Part shown: piece by piece, positions 63,937-64,000 of the stretch
How the letters are laid out: every line of letters begins with the position of its first letter
Position numbering within the stretch: the first letter of the stretch is position 1
NCBI GenBank assembly: GCA_964252035.1
Contig: OZ176207.1
Source of the DNA: Podarcis erhardii
Taxonomy: Eukaryota
Reading direction: 5' to 3' (one strand)
Length of the DNA stretch: 64,000 bases
Translations under genes and position numbers: made by a program
The notes under the pieces: model-generated
Databases searched by the model: none
What the model was told of the DNA's origin: nothing
The model's input: the letters and a program-made list of their open reading frames with translations, nothing else

Positions 63937-64000
63937 CCATATTGACCCAAATATAAGCAGCACCCGTATATAAGCAACACCTTTAAAATTCAGTTTTAAA
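63937..64000. mobile_element. Degenerate left end of a Tc2-type MITE
   Basis: ccatattgacccaaatataagcagcacccgtatataagc resembles the CCGTATT..ATATAAG TIR/subterminal repeat; runs off the window edge. Confidence 0.45.

Noticed and set aside
52494-64000. Previous CDKAL1 exon (...LWLLNSCTVKNPAEDHF...)
   Set aside because: Not found by eye; probably beyond the window end.
1-64000. CRISPR arrays, rRNA genes, operon-like systems
   Set aside because: Eukaryotic intronic DNA; no regularly spaced repeat-spacer array or rRNA-like sequence seen.

Overview
Vertebrate genomic DNA, almost certainly a squamate and probably a lacertid lizard (inferred from Sauria SINEs, tRNA/CR1-tail SINEs, squamate L2, Penelope and hAT/Tigger MITEs). 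The whole window lies inside CDKAL1 (tRNA-Lys(UUU) methylthiotransferase) on the minus strand. Four consecutive coding exons are present (52493-52397, 50227-50179, 39473-39353, 20044-19941; equivalent to human exons 6-9). All have AG/GT boundaries and compatible phases, and the last carries the radical-SAM CxxxCxxC motif. The rest is intron, densely filled with TE relics. Main findings: (1) a 556-bp hAT element (17-bp TIRs, perfect 8-bp TSD) about 550 bp downstream of the radical-SAM exon, whose CpG-rich cargo includes the start codon and first codons of the extra-long G-alpha-olf (GNAL) exon 1, i.e. Pack-TIR-style gene capture; (2) Penelope-like elements carrying minimal hammerhead ribozyme motifs, one with an intact core and one with a G12A change; (3) two solo LTRs that each hold an acidic ORF ending just upstream of the LTR poly(A) signal; (4) a Tc1 terminus resembling fish/frog families. 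Family names and homologies come from my recall of sequences, not from database searches.
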